DNA of 64,000 nucleotides from Octopus vulgaris. Its lineage: Eukaryota. Positions within the stretch are counted from its first letter, which is position 1. Every line of letters begins with the position of its first letter. The stretch is taken from contig OX597831.1 of NCBI GenBank assembly GCA_951406725.2, positions 44,702,001 to 44,766,000 of the forward strand, written 5' to 3'. Below the pieces are notes generated by a model. The model did not search any database. It had not been told where the DNA came from and saw only the letters and a list, made by a program, of their open reading frames with translations. Both the position numbers and the translations under genes were made by a program. Positions 12,415 to 24,479 of this stretch are shown piece by piece.

Positions 12415-14313
12415 TTAGGAATTCATGCACATTTATTGTATTTCACTGTTTGTTTGCACTGGTTTTTACTGTTGTATTTACTTTGTCTACATGTATCCTT
12501 TGTTGCTGGTACAAGTGAATGGTATTTTCTTTTCAGCTATAGTAAATTTCTGTTCTTTCGAGGTTAGTGTACTACTATTAGTTATGATTTTGTATTTGAT
12601 TCCAGAATATATTTAATCATAGATGCAAGCATGGCTGTGTAGTTAAGAAGCTTGCTTTGCAACCATGTGGTTTCAGGTTCAGTTCCATTCTGCAGCACCT
12701 TGGCCAAATGTCTTCTACTGTAGTCCTGGGCTGACCGATGCCTTGTGTGTGGAGTTGGTTGATGGAAACTGTGTAGAAGCCTATCATTATGCCCCCCCCC
12801 CGCTTGTTGATTGATGTTCAATTGCCTACACCCATGTAACTTAGCAAAAGAGACTGATGGAATAAGTACTGGTCTTCAAAAATAAATAAGTGTTTCGGTC
12901 AGTTTGTTCAACTAAACTCTTCAAGGCAGTGCCCCAGCATGGCTGCAGTCCAATGACTGAAACAAGTAAATATAAAAGGTAGTGAGTTCTATTCCCAGAT
13001 CACGCTGTGTGTTGTGTTCTTGAGTGAGCAAGACACTTTATTTCACATTGCTCCAGTTCATTCAGCTGTAGAAATGAGTTACAACATCACTGGTGCCAAG
13101 TTGTATCAGCCTTTGCCTTTCCCTGGATAACATTGGTAGCGTGGAAAGGGGGACGCTGGAATGCTTGGGCAACTGCTGGGTCTTCCATAAACAACCTTGC
13201 TGGACTTGTGTCTTGGAGGGGAAGTTTCTAGATGCAATCTCATGCTCATTCATGACTGAAGTGGGGTCTTTACCTTTAGAATGAGTGTATTTTTGCCTGC
13301 TGCACATACTACAGCTTACCAAGAAAGTGTGCAACTTGTAACTGCAGTAATTATTAGCACTTAAATCTTTTGCAAGCAGTCTTATGAAATACATTCTACT
13401 TACATGTACAAAATCATGTTTTCCCTTCAAAACCTCTTTGAAAAAAATTTCTTTAAATATATGATGAAACATGTTTTTTTTTTCTTGTGAAAAAATGAGG
13501 TATTTTATGCTCATGTAGTTGTGTCTTAGCCAGCCAGCATTGTCTAGCTAACTGTATGTTCAAGCATAAAATAATAATAAATTAGGCATAATATGTTTCA
13601 AATTATCCACTGGGTTATTTTCAGTTAGCTTGTTATTTATCTTACTATGTTAAAATAGAATTTAAAATCAATAAAATTGAGAGAAGAGAATTAACTCAAA
13701 TAGGCCAATGGTATGAAATTGGATAAGCTACAAAGTGATAAACTGAATGCCGCATACAAAAATTCTTAATTAAATGAAAATTCCTTCTTAGAGAAAGAAA
13801 ACAAAAATGTAGTGGGAATTTAGTGACTCTTAAAAGAGAAAAAAGAAGAGATAATTTCAGGAAATTATGAATTATTCTCCGAAATTTAATTTGCAAGCCT
13901 GGGCCAAAGCCTGGTCTTGGTTTGTTTGCAAGGAATAACTATGGTCAAGTTTCAGTCTAATGAACCTCATCAACATAGGAAAATAACTACAAATTATTTT
14001 TGATTTGCATAATTAAAAAATAATTCAAATGGGCCAGTGGCATAAATTTTGATATAAGTTAAAAGGTGATGCATTGAATGGCATATGCAAAAAAGAAAAT
14101 GAATAAATAAAAAAAAAAATAGCCTTGGTTAATTGAAATTCTCTTCTTAGATGGTGACAGGAAAAAGATGGAATTACAGTGTTGTATTTGTCAACAGTAA
14201 CCTATTTCAAAATATAAGCAAACAGTGTGACAATTTTTTCATAGTCATTTCTGTTTTGTGCTATTCTTGTTGCACAAAAAGAATCTGAGTATGCCAGCTG
14301 ATAATCTGATTGT

Positions 14314-14650
14314 GAAGGCGCATGGCTCAGTGGTTAGAGCGTCGAGCTTACGATCGTGAGGTTGTGAGCTCGAATCCCGGACCGGGCTGCGTGTTGTGTT
14401 CTTGAGCAAGGCACTTTATTTCACGTTGCTCCAGTTCACTCAGCCGTAGAAATGAGTTGCGACGTCAGAGGTGCCAAGCTTTATTGGCTGCTGCCTTTCC
14501 CTTGGACAACATCGGTGACGTGGAGAGGGGAGACTGGTATGCATGGGCGACTGCTGGTCTTCCATAAAACAACCTTGCCCAGACTTGTGCCTCAGAGGGT
14601 AACTCTCTAGGTGCAAACCCATGGTCAGTGTCTGACCGAAGAAGGGTCAA
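14314..14650 (+). mobile_element. tRNA-derived SINE family D with CORE-like segment
   Basis: A box TGGCTCAGTGG, B-like GAGCTCGAATCC, TGTGTTCTTGAGCAAGGCACTT; highly similar to 34006-34340, older copy at 12980-13280. Confidence 0.88.
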
Positions 14651-15594
14651 TCTGGGTTCTGTATATTTGAAATCATTGTTTGTTTTGGCTTGTATCATGG
14701 CATTAGGAAGGGCATCCAGCTGTGGAAATCATGCCAAAGCTGACAAGGAGCATGATACAGACCTGTGGCTCACCAGAGATCCTATTAAACTATTCAACCC
14801 ATGCCAGCATGGAAAGCAAATGTTAAATAATGATGATGATGATGGCATTCCTTGGTGTTAGGAAGGGCATCCAGCTGTAGAAACCATGCCACAGCAGTAG
14901 GTTGGAGTCTGGAGAGCTCTTTGCTAGCCAGCTCTATGTCAAAGCATCCAACCCATGTCGGCATGGAGGCTGGATGTTAAACAATGATGACGATGATTTA
15001 TCAGATTGTTTAGCAAAATTGTTATTTCTGGCGACTGGTGTTGTAGCTGTATTGTTAATTACAGTAGCAAGGGAAGTACTTGGGGGAGAAAGAATAATAG
15101 ACATGTGAAACTCCTACATCAAATTTAAAAGTAAAGTTAACAGAGGGTAACTTCGGATTGGGTAGAATTTAATTATCATTTGTATCAGGTGTTGTAAGAC
15201 CAGATGTTGCAAGTGTCCTCTTGCTCTCTAGCAATTCTCCTAAGCTGTATATGCATGTGTGCACACAGCACACAAAAAGTTAATTGCCTAAAAATACAGT
15301 AATTAATAATCATACTATTTTGCATTCAGTGCACACATATTTTGTCATAGGAAAAATATCTACTGCACAACATTGGATTTATCTGCACATTAACTATTAA
15401 GAATTTGAAAGAACATTACTGTTGTCTACTGGACAGTGGTAGAATTGTAGGTGCAAAAAAGCTTTTAAGGTTGTGTACATGAGTGCTAAAACTAGCATTA
15501 AAGTTGGTAGTGAGCTCAGTCAAGGGTTTTGTGTATAGGTGTTATTTACATTATTTACATTTGACGGATATTTGTCCTCATCTTGTTTGTTGTT

Positions 15595-15640
15595 CACACA
15601 ACGTTTTGGCTGATGTACCCTCCAGCCTTCTTCAGGTACC
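15595..15640 (-). ncRNA. Second, probably inactivated copy of the same hammerhead motif
   Basis: Minus strand reads GGUAC CUGAAGA A GGCUG..CAGCC AAAA C GUU GUGUG; catalytic G12 is replaced by A at 15607 (CpG-type transition). Confidence 0.6.
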
Positions 15641-15956
15641 TTGGGGAAATTTCAAACCTGGGTTCTCATTCCTAAGGTATTTTTCGATATTATTATTATT
15701 ATTATTGTTCAGGTCACTGCTTGGAATCGAACACGGAATCTTGGGGTTAGTAGCTCGTGCTCTTAACCACTACGCCATATGCCTGTGGGCATATGGCATA
15801 GTGGCGTACCTATAAATTGAATAATTACAAACAATGAAAAGGGCTCCACATACAAGAAATATCATCCATAACTGTAAGCTCTATCAGTTATGAATTCACT
15901 CAACAATGACCCCCACCCCACCCCAACTCATCTTCACGGGTTCAAAATTTCCCTAA

Positions 15957-16003
15957 GACACCTGAAGAAGGCTGGAGGGTAATATCAGCCGAAACGTTGT
16001 GTT
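15957..16003 (+). ncRNA. Minimal type I hammerhead ribozyme motif (Penelope-type)
   Basis: Stem I GACAC/GUGUU; core CUGAAGA (15962-15968) plus an extra A; stem II GGCUG/CAGCC; GAAA (15991-15994); palindromic loopless stem III ACGU; GUU triplet, predicted cut after 15998. Confidence 0.72.
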
Positions 16004-16991
16004 AACAACAAACAAGATGAGGACAAATATCTGTCGAATGTAAATAATGTACATAATTCCTCATCTCTTAAATATAGAACTGTATTGTGTACAGGTGTTT
16101 TTAACTTGTGTATCATTTGGTTCAGAATTTGAAAGAGAATCGCAAAGAAGATTTAAAATCCTTTTTCCTGTGGAAATTGGACATATCCACACAAAATTTC
16201 ATTAGACTTAGCTACAAAACACAGTTTTGTATATCAGTCTATCTTTTGTTGGAATATGTCATGTTTGAAACTATTTTTTGCTATGTCAAAGTTATTGAGG
16301 CAATGTGTCTTGCATAAATTAACAATTCTGTTTTTTTTTTCGTAGGTATTTAACATCATTACTGGAATAACCATGAAATTTGATTTCACGGTTAAAGAGT
16401 TAAACTAACGACCTAATCCTTATTGCAGATTATGTTAAAGAGCAGCAAACTGCCATAACTAAAAGCATAAGTCAAACCATGAAAATGTGAACCTGACTAA
16501 CACAATGGACTTAGTTTGTTTACATTTATTATCGTGAGCTATAAAGTCCAACAGTATCTTTGATTGTAGTTTACTTGGAAAGATAGACAGAGAATAGATG
16601 GGGGCATAATGTTGTGTAATTAATGCAAAGAATTAGTACATGCGGTACGTGGGTATTTTGAAAATACCTCACAGAGTGACGACTGTGCTCTGCATAGTTA
16701 CAGGCTGGCCTTTGGCAAGACACAGTACCTGTTCAACCATCTTGCCAGGGATGCTACAAATTTATGGGGCTGCAGCATGGCAGGTTGTGAAGAGGTAGAC
16801 CTCAAATGAACCAATGGTGCTTCTTACAGTGATGCTGAGCAGAGAAATCCTAGTAGATCAACAGTTAGGATCACCAAGCTCTATCAAGAGAGTAATTGCA
16901 ATGCATCCATTAGGGTTGTGTAATCAGCTAATGAAAAATTCACTATGATTCAAGCTCTTAATTGAAATTCATAATAATGGAACTGGATAGC

Positions 16992-17100
16992 AACAGAGAG
17001 TCATGGGAATATGCTAAAAAACAGGGAGTCATGGGAATATGCTAAAAAACAGAGAGTCATGGGAATATCCTAAAAAACAGAGAGTCTTGGAAATGTGCAA
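16992..17100 (+). repeat. 28-bp minisatellite, ~3.8 copies
   Basis: Unit AACAGAGAGTCATGGGAATATGCTAAAA at 16992, 17020, 17048 and a degenerate copy at 17076. Confidence 0.9.
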
Positions 17101-17388
17101 AAGCAGTGAAGAAGAAATTAGTATACAAAAATTAGTCAAACAGGAATCAAAATGTGATATCCTTCATGTAGTGTCGCTAGGGCAGGCTGAGGGTGGAGTC
17201 AGTACATTTGGAGGTCTGCTGTATAAGCCTGTACAGGGGTGGAACAGCACATTCAAGAGATACTCCAAGTGGCAACACACACACACATACACTGGGTACA
17301 CCACTATTCATCCACCAAATAAAATGGATGACTGAATGACTGACAACAAGAGCAGTGATAATAGACATATGCATATATGTTTTATGTA

Positions 17389-17572
17389 TGGGGAGGGGGT
17401 CTGAAAAATTCCTGGCTTTAAGGGTATCACAAAAGGCCTGGCTGGAGGCCCAACTTTTTGATTTCTTTTACAGAACTTTGAGAAACCAAAGGACCACTGC
17501 AATAAGTGTGTGAATCTGAGAGGGGAGTATTTTCTTATACCTAAAGCCAGGAACTTTTCAGCACCCACCTTG
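17389..17572 (+). mobile_element. Mariner-derived MITE
   Basis: TIR cores CTGAAAAATTCCTGGCTTTA / TAAAGCCAGGAACTTTTCAG, TA flanks; internal NKCVNLRGEY resembles a mariner transposase C-terminus. Confidence 0.7.
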
Positions 17573-18116
17573 TATATGACATAATTAGTGTTGCAAAGAA
17601 GAAGCAAGATAAATAGTATAATGTCTATTGTTTGCTATTGTTTGACAGCAAGCCTTTCTTATATCAAAACCTGTCTATATGAGGCATGAAATGTAAGGTC
17701 ATGTGCTATTTGTACTCTTCTCTTTTCCTGACTGATTTTAGTCCTTGGACGAGACTGAGGCTACATTGGGTTTTCAAAATTTTTTTTTTTATATATATAT
17801 ATATATGTCTCTGCTTATTTAACAGAATCAATTAATATAGCTTTAATATGTTTAGTTATACCTGTACTTTGTTCTCATTAATCTTAGAACTTCTAGCCTA
17901 AACACATTGTTTATCTACAAATATCTTAATTAGAAAATCTCAATTAATTTTACCTGATACTATTTTTATTTCTCCTTATCAGATGTTTTTTTTTCTGTCT
18001 TTTGTGCTTGCGTGTGTGTGTGTTTGTGTATATATGTAGGGTTTATTTTGAGGCTGTCATTTCATATTATATACTTCATCACCTTCAACTTGGTGTTTCC
18101 TGTATTATAATCATCA

Positions 18117-18244
18117 CTACCTACAAACTGAATAATTACAAACAATGAGGCGGGCTCTACATACAAGAAATATCATACATAAATGTAAACTCTATCAGTT
18201 ATTATGAATTCACTCTACAGTACCTCCCCCCAACTCATCTTCAC
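18117..18244 (+). mobile_element. Second fragment of the body of the 15.8-15.9 kb Penelope-type element
   Basis: Aligns by eye with 15807-15937 (TGAATAATTACAAACAATGA...CATACAAGAAATATCAT...CCCCAACTCATCTTCAC). Confidence 0.65.
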
Positions 18245-21200
18245 TAATATACAAATTTGTGGTCTTTTGTCTATGAAAATAATTATAATAATGATGATCA
18301 TGATCATTGTTATTATTAACTGCAGATGCGGAAATGCATCTCCAATCAATAATGAAGCTCTCTTCACAGCCACATTGTTTTGGGTTCTATCCATCATGTG
18401 GGTGGCACCTTGGGAAAATGTCTTCTACTATAGCCTTTGGCCAAACAATGCTTTGTGAATGAAGTTTGGTAGAAAAACAAAAAGCTGTTTGGACATCCTC
18501 TGTGTGTTTGTGTGTATGTGCTTGTGTATTTATGCCTTATGTAAACAGTATATCTTAATGCTCAGCAGGAATAACGATAGACTTGCTTAGTGGAGCAAGT
18601 GCTGCTAATCAAAAGCTCCACATACCGAAGGCTAGTGGGTTTCAGGAATCATCGGCAGAGAATGTGCATGGTTTCAGGGCCTTCCTCTTGATGGATTTAT
18701 GGCACCCTTGCACCCCCGCCCCATTCATATGAGGCCCCCACCTACTAGATCAACCGACTAGTAATTAACTGACATTGGACTTTAAGTCCTTCATCTCAGC
18801 ACTGTTGTAGATCATGAGCACCAGCATAGATGTGCTTGCAAGCTTTTTTCAGCTTGTCATGTGGTGATCCTTTCATTTTACTCTTTACTCTTTTACTTGT
18901 TTCAGTCATGTGTGTTTATGTCCCTGTAACTTAGCGGTTCGGCAAAAGAGACCAATAGAATAATTACTGGGCTTCTAAAGAATAAGTCCTGGGGTCGATT
19001 TGCTCGACTAAAAGCGGTACTCCAGCATGGCCGCAGTCAAAAGACTGAAACAAGTAAAAGAGTAAAGAGTATGATAGAACCAGCAGCAATTTCTGGAAGG
19101 CTGGTTATCAAAACGGTATGCTGAGCCCATGATCAGCAATATAAATTATCTTACTATTGGACAATATAGAAAGTTTTTACTGGGCATTAATTGTTGATTG
19201 TGAAACAACTAAATAACACAATTTACTGGGTTAAGAGTTATCTGTGTATGTTGATAATAGCTCTGTTGATATTGTAGATATCTTAGTATTTGTGTGACTA
19301 GAGTCTGATGATACATATATTGGTGTTTTAATGTCTTCTAATGTGTGCAAGGTCAAAATGCATTACCAATAATGGGACTATTCACTTGGTATGGAAACAT
19401 TGTAATGACTTAAATTAGCCATGATTGTACAATAAGATGTAACTTGAGTCAGTCCCAGTGAGGGAGTGCATCTATATGGTCATCTGACCTGCTAGAAACA
19501 GCAACCAAGTCCCCTTCATATCACACCCTGCTGTTTTAAAAAATCTGATAGATGCATTAGAAAGTGTAGTCTGAGATGGATTCTGTTTGAATAAATGACA
19601 GGATGGTCATAGTTGGAATGCCTTTTATCTTAGGTCAGCTTGCTGTAAAGCTAAACAACTAATATTATGTCATTAGCTGTCATTGTTATAATCATCATCT
19701 TCATTTAATGTCCATGTTCCATGCTGGTATGGGTTGGCTGGTTTGATAGGATATGATGGGCCTAAGGACTGCGTCATGCTCCAGTGTCTGCTTTGACGTG
19801 GTTTCTACAGCTGCTAGGAGAAGAGGAGAAAAGTGGGGCACAGTGTAAGAGAATAGGTTTCTTGCTGTAGCAGTGCTATATAGTTACTCACATGTCAGAA
19901 GGTGGAATATTCATTAAAAGTTAATAAGATCGTTGCAGTTTGCTTGAAGCATTGTAATATCAAAGAAAGGAGAGAAAAGGGACAATGCAGAAAGTTTCAC
20001 AAAACCTGTTTTTCTTCAGAAGATGAGCCTTTGCACCTGAAATATAATGGCTTTGTGAAACTTTCCGTATTGTCAGAAGCTTTCCTATTTTCCCTTCTCT
20101 TTCCCTTCTTCATTAAGAGTTGTTAGCCTTTTGTAGGTCCTGATATAGCAAGCCTAAGAGCAAAGACATTGCAACCATGAAAAAATCATCTTTTTTCTTT
20201 GTGGTGGTAGGGGGACATAGTGTATGTAAGAAGGTAGAGAGGTCTTAGAAGCTAGCTTTAGGAAGTCAAATCACCACATGGAAGGATTCTTGTTGGCTTG
20301 TTGTCTAATTAAGGATATTACACCTCAGGGAAGAAGGGAGAAAGATAGAGATGACAGACAATGTTGAGGTTATCTAATACACTCTACTTTAAAAAGGTCT
20401 CAAGTGGATTCTTCTGTAAAAGATAAGAGGGATGTTTGGAATATAATGGTTTGGTGTTGGCAGAGGCAGCTGTCTTAGCAGAATGTTAGATTAAATGCTT
20501 TGTAATATTTAGTATTAGCTTCTCTAGAATATGAGCTCAGTCTCTGTTAGAATCAACCCTGCTTTTAACCCTGTGACATTCAGATTACTCAGTCAAGTAT
20601 AATGCTTATTTATTCATATTGGTTTGAAGTAATCCTGCATTATCTCATAGCTTCAATGGCTTCCATGCTGGTGGCACGTAAAAAACACTATCCGAATGTG
20701 ATCGATGCCAGAACTGCCTGACTGGCTCCAGTGCTGCTGGCACGTAAAAGTCACCAACTTGACTCTCGGAGTGGTTGGCGTTAGGAAGGGTATCCAGCTG
20801 TAGAAACATTGCCAAATCAGATTGGAGCCTGGTGTAACTGCTGGCTCTCCAGACCTCAATCAAAGTGTCCAACACATGCCAACATGGATAATGGATGTTA
20901 GACGATGATGATGATGAATTGTTTATTTTTTAGAATGACATTGTAGGGTAGGTATAACAAGTCAGGTCTGGCCAGGTTGAACATAAAATAGGTAGAATAT
21001 TTGGGCTAGATATTGTTGGTTTAAATGATGTTGAAAAGTATTTCTCTACCCAAGTTTGATAAATATCAGTTAATATACAGCATTGGGGGTGGGTTACATG
21101 CACATGTATATATAGTATGTGATTGAGTATTATCTGGTAATTGATATTTGATTTAGATGTATTTCTCCATTTTCTTATCTTGTATTAGTAATTTGTGGTA

Positions 21201-21354
21201 AATCATTTTACCTTTGCCCATATAATACAGTAAATGAATTGATTGCATCGCAATCATTAGCATTTATGTGTTAACTTTGTTGGGTACTTCACTAGCAGTA
21301 TATTGGATATACGTTATCCCATAGAGGGTTGCATTTACAACCCCTATCTCAATT

Positions 21355-21394
<40 letters not shown>

Positions 21395-21787
21395 CATGGA
21401 GAACGGACGTTAAATGATGATGATGATATATACATACATATCCATTTAGCATTCAGATTATTCTGTCAAATGTAATGCTTATTTATTCACATTATTTTGA
21501 ATTACTCATGCATTATTTTGTAGCTCTGAGATTTTGATGATGTGACCATTTATATTTAGAATGACAATTTTGGGTAGGCTGGATCAGGCCAGTTTGAACA
21601 TGAAACAGGAAGAATATTTGGGCTGGATATGACTGGCTTAAATGCTAAAGATGTGTATGGCTGTTAAATTTTAAGTTTTTCTTTCAGCTCTGAAACATCA
21701 AACAACTATTGTTTGAAACAAGCTTATTAATACTAATGCTAGTATTTCGACCTCCTTTATACTTTCAGACAAATATACTGTGGAATC

Positions 21788-21829
21788 ATGTCTTCCTCAG
21801 CGATCTATATTTTAGACGTCAAAGGAAAG
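21788..21829 (+). CDS. AP1M1: AP1M1 coding exon 1 ([14 protein letters not shown]); exon starts at 21769 with 19 nt of 5' UTR
   Basis: Acceptor ctttcAG at 21767-21768; ATG at 21788 with A at -3; donor AAG|GTAAAA. Confidence 0.93.
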
Positions 21830-24439
21830 GTAAAAATGATTTTTTAAAATTATTCAATTAATTTTCTTTTCTTTTATTTTTTTGTTTTGTTTCTTTAACA
21901 AAATTAAAATTCACATTTTCTATGAATTTGAATCTTAGATTTTTTTTGGATTCCCTAAAGCTTTCTGAAAACTTTTCTGAAATAAACCCTGTTGTAATCA
22001 CATTCTCACCTCCTTCATATGTGTGTGCATACTTGCGTGACCTCCTCTGTGTATGCATATGCACGCATGCATGCCTGTGTGTGTGTGTTATGGCTGAACT
22101 CACTCCTTAATTACAAGATTCGTTGTTCTCTCCGTCAGCATGGCATCTTTTACGATAGCTACAGGTTGAGCCATATCTTGTAATTGAAATAGGGTGAACG
22201 GAAACTGTGTGGAAGCTCATCAGGCGAACTGTACCTGTAATTCAAAAGTTTGACTTTGTCACACTCTTTACCATATTGATTCTGCCTGAGAATTATGTTA
22301 AGGGCACAGGTATCAGATTTTGAGAACTTCGTAATATAACTTCATAATATTTCTTATGTTAAATAGTTTTAGAATATCAATGTTTTATCATTAATCGAAA
22401 TCATTAATCAAAATCATTAATCAAAATCAATAAGCATTCTTGTAATTGTTTCTTTGTTTCAGGTGCTGATATGTCGCAACTACCGAGGAGATATAGATAT
22501 GTCAGCGATTGACAAGTTTATGCCACTGTTGATGGATAAGGAAGAAGAAGGGAATGTGACGCCCATACTACAGCATGGAAATATTGCTTATGTCTACATA
22601 AAATACAACAACCTCTATCTAGTGTCAACTACCAAGAAAAATGCTAGCGCCACTATGGTCTTTTCATTTTTACATAAAATTGTACAGGTAGGTACATTAT
22701 CTGTAAACTGTCCATCACCAACTTAGATATTTATACATCAATAACGCAGTGTTCATTTTTTTTTTTTGTTTTAGTTTTTTTTTTTTTTCTGAAGGTGGCA
22801 GACCTGCAGAATTGTTACTACACTGGACAAATGTTTAGTGCTATTTCATCCAGCTTTACATTCTGTGTTCATATTCTGCCAAGGCATTTCATTCTCTCAA
22901 GTTTGATAAAACAAGCACCAGTTGAGCACCAGGGTCAATATAATCAACTAGCCCCCACCCCCAAAATATCAAGCCTTGTGGCTATAATAGAAAAAATGTA
23001 ATGTGTAGCTTTGATATATAATGGGTAAGAGTACAAGAAAAAAAAAAAGGTTTAATTTGTATATTTTCACCTTCTCATCTGTATAACTATCTTATAATTG
23101 ATTCGATGTCATTTGCCACTACCTGCTGATTTGTTATTTATTATAGCTTTAGTATTCAGGATTGTTATATAATTAATGCATTTATAATCCTCAGTCCCTA
23201 TAGTGTTAAGTAGATTAGATAAGTCACTCCTTTTGTTTAGCATTTGGTCCAGTGGACTTATTAAAAGAGTTTTAGTCATGACTGGCTTAGGTTTTTTTCA
23301 GACGTTATTTCAAATTACATGGCCTAGTTGCTAGAGTGTTGTATGCCCAATTGCGAGATTCTGATTTCACTTTCCAGACCAGTTGTATGTTGTGTTCTCG
23401 AGGAAAACCACGTTGCTTGAGTCCACTCGGCTGTAAATAGGTAACTCGGTGATGGACTGATGCTATGTTCGGTGGGAATGTTGGAAATGTTGGCCTGCCT
23501 GCCTAGCCAGCAGAGTAGCACCATTTGTAGGGTAAGTGTGAGAGGCCAGATCTGGCTGGTTTGAACATAAGACGGAATACTTTGGCTGAATACGATCAGT
23601 TTAAATGCTAAAGGGTTAACACAGTAAGGTATGATTTGAAAAAGATTTGGCTGCTATTTCTAACAGGTCTACCAGAATAGGGGTTGGATCCTTTCAGGGG
23701 TTGAATAGAACACCAGTCAGGTGTGTCTGGCAGAATCCTTGGAATATTGGATAGGATACCTTGTGGCATTTGTTCTGGCTCTTTGCATTCAGCATTTAAA
23801 CCCCACCTACGTGGGTAGTAGGCTTAATCTATTGCCTGCTGTAAACCACCACCTAGCACCTTGGATGCCTTTAAAAGAGGCCTTTCTGCTGCAAGCACTC
23901 AGGCCAGGTCTCCAGCTTCAAAATAATTTCTGTTTTCCTCCTACCAATCTTAGAAACACTAAAAAAAAAGGGTCATAGGCACTATTCTTTCTTTTCTAAG
24001 TATATATCATCATTATATATATATATATATATATATAAAATACAATAAATGATATTGCTGAAGTATGGCCACTGTCAATTGACTAAAACCAGCAAAAGAG
24101 TTCAAGAATACTAATATGTATAATTTTAACTTAGTTTTAATTGTTTTCTATCCCCTCTATTGCCATTTTGCTTTTAAATTTATATCCTAATCTGTTTAAT
24201 CTATTCTAGTAATATAGATTATGGATTAAACTGTGAATCATCAATTTGGTTCAAAGAGCAAATGTTTTATTTGCTTTACATAGGTGCAGGAGTGGCTGTG
24301 TAGTTTAGAAGCTTACTTCCCAACCGTGTGGCCTTAGTTCAGTCCCACAGCATGGCACCTTGGGCAAGTGGCTTCTTCTATAATCCCAGGCCAACCGAAG
24401 CCTTGTGAGTGGATTTGGCTAGCAGAAACAGAAAGAAGC

Positions 24440-24479
<40 letters not shown>

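Larger units (their letters stand above)
15544..16084. mobile_element. Composite non-autonomous Penelope-type insertion: tRNA-like head + (AAT)n + hammerhead-bearing repeat on -, hairpin junction, body + second hammerhead-bearing repeat on +
   Basis: 15-bp TSD TTGTGTA(T/C)AGGTGTT at 15529-15543 and 16085-16099; ~115-bp inverted repeats 15544-15658 and 15939-16055; A box 15767-15777 and B box 15723-15732 on the minus strand. Confidence 0.75.

Noticed and set aside
13062-13514. 150-aa ORF
   Set aside because: It runs antisense through an old family-D SINE, with no recognisable motif or splice support.
14314-14390. tRNA gene (also 34006-34075, 15711-15783, 51955-52025)
   Set aside because: A/B boxes are present but there is no complete cloverleaf, and each continues into a repeat body; these are SINE heads.
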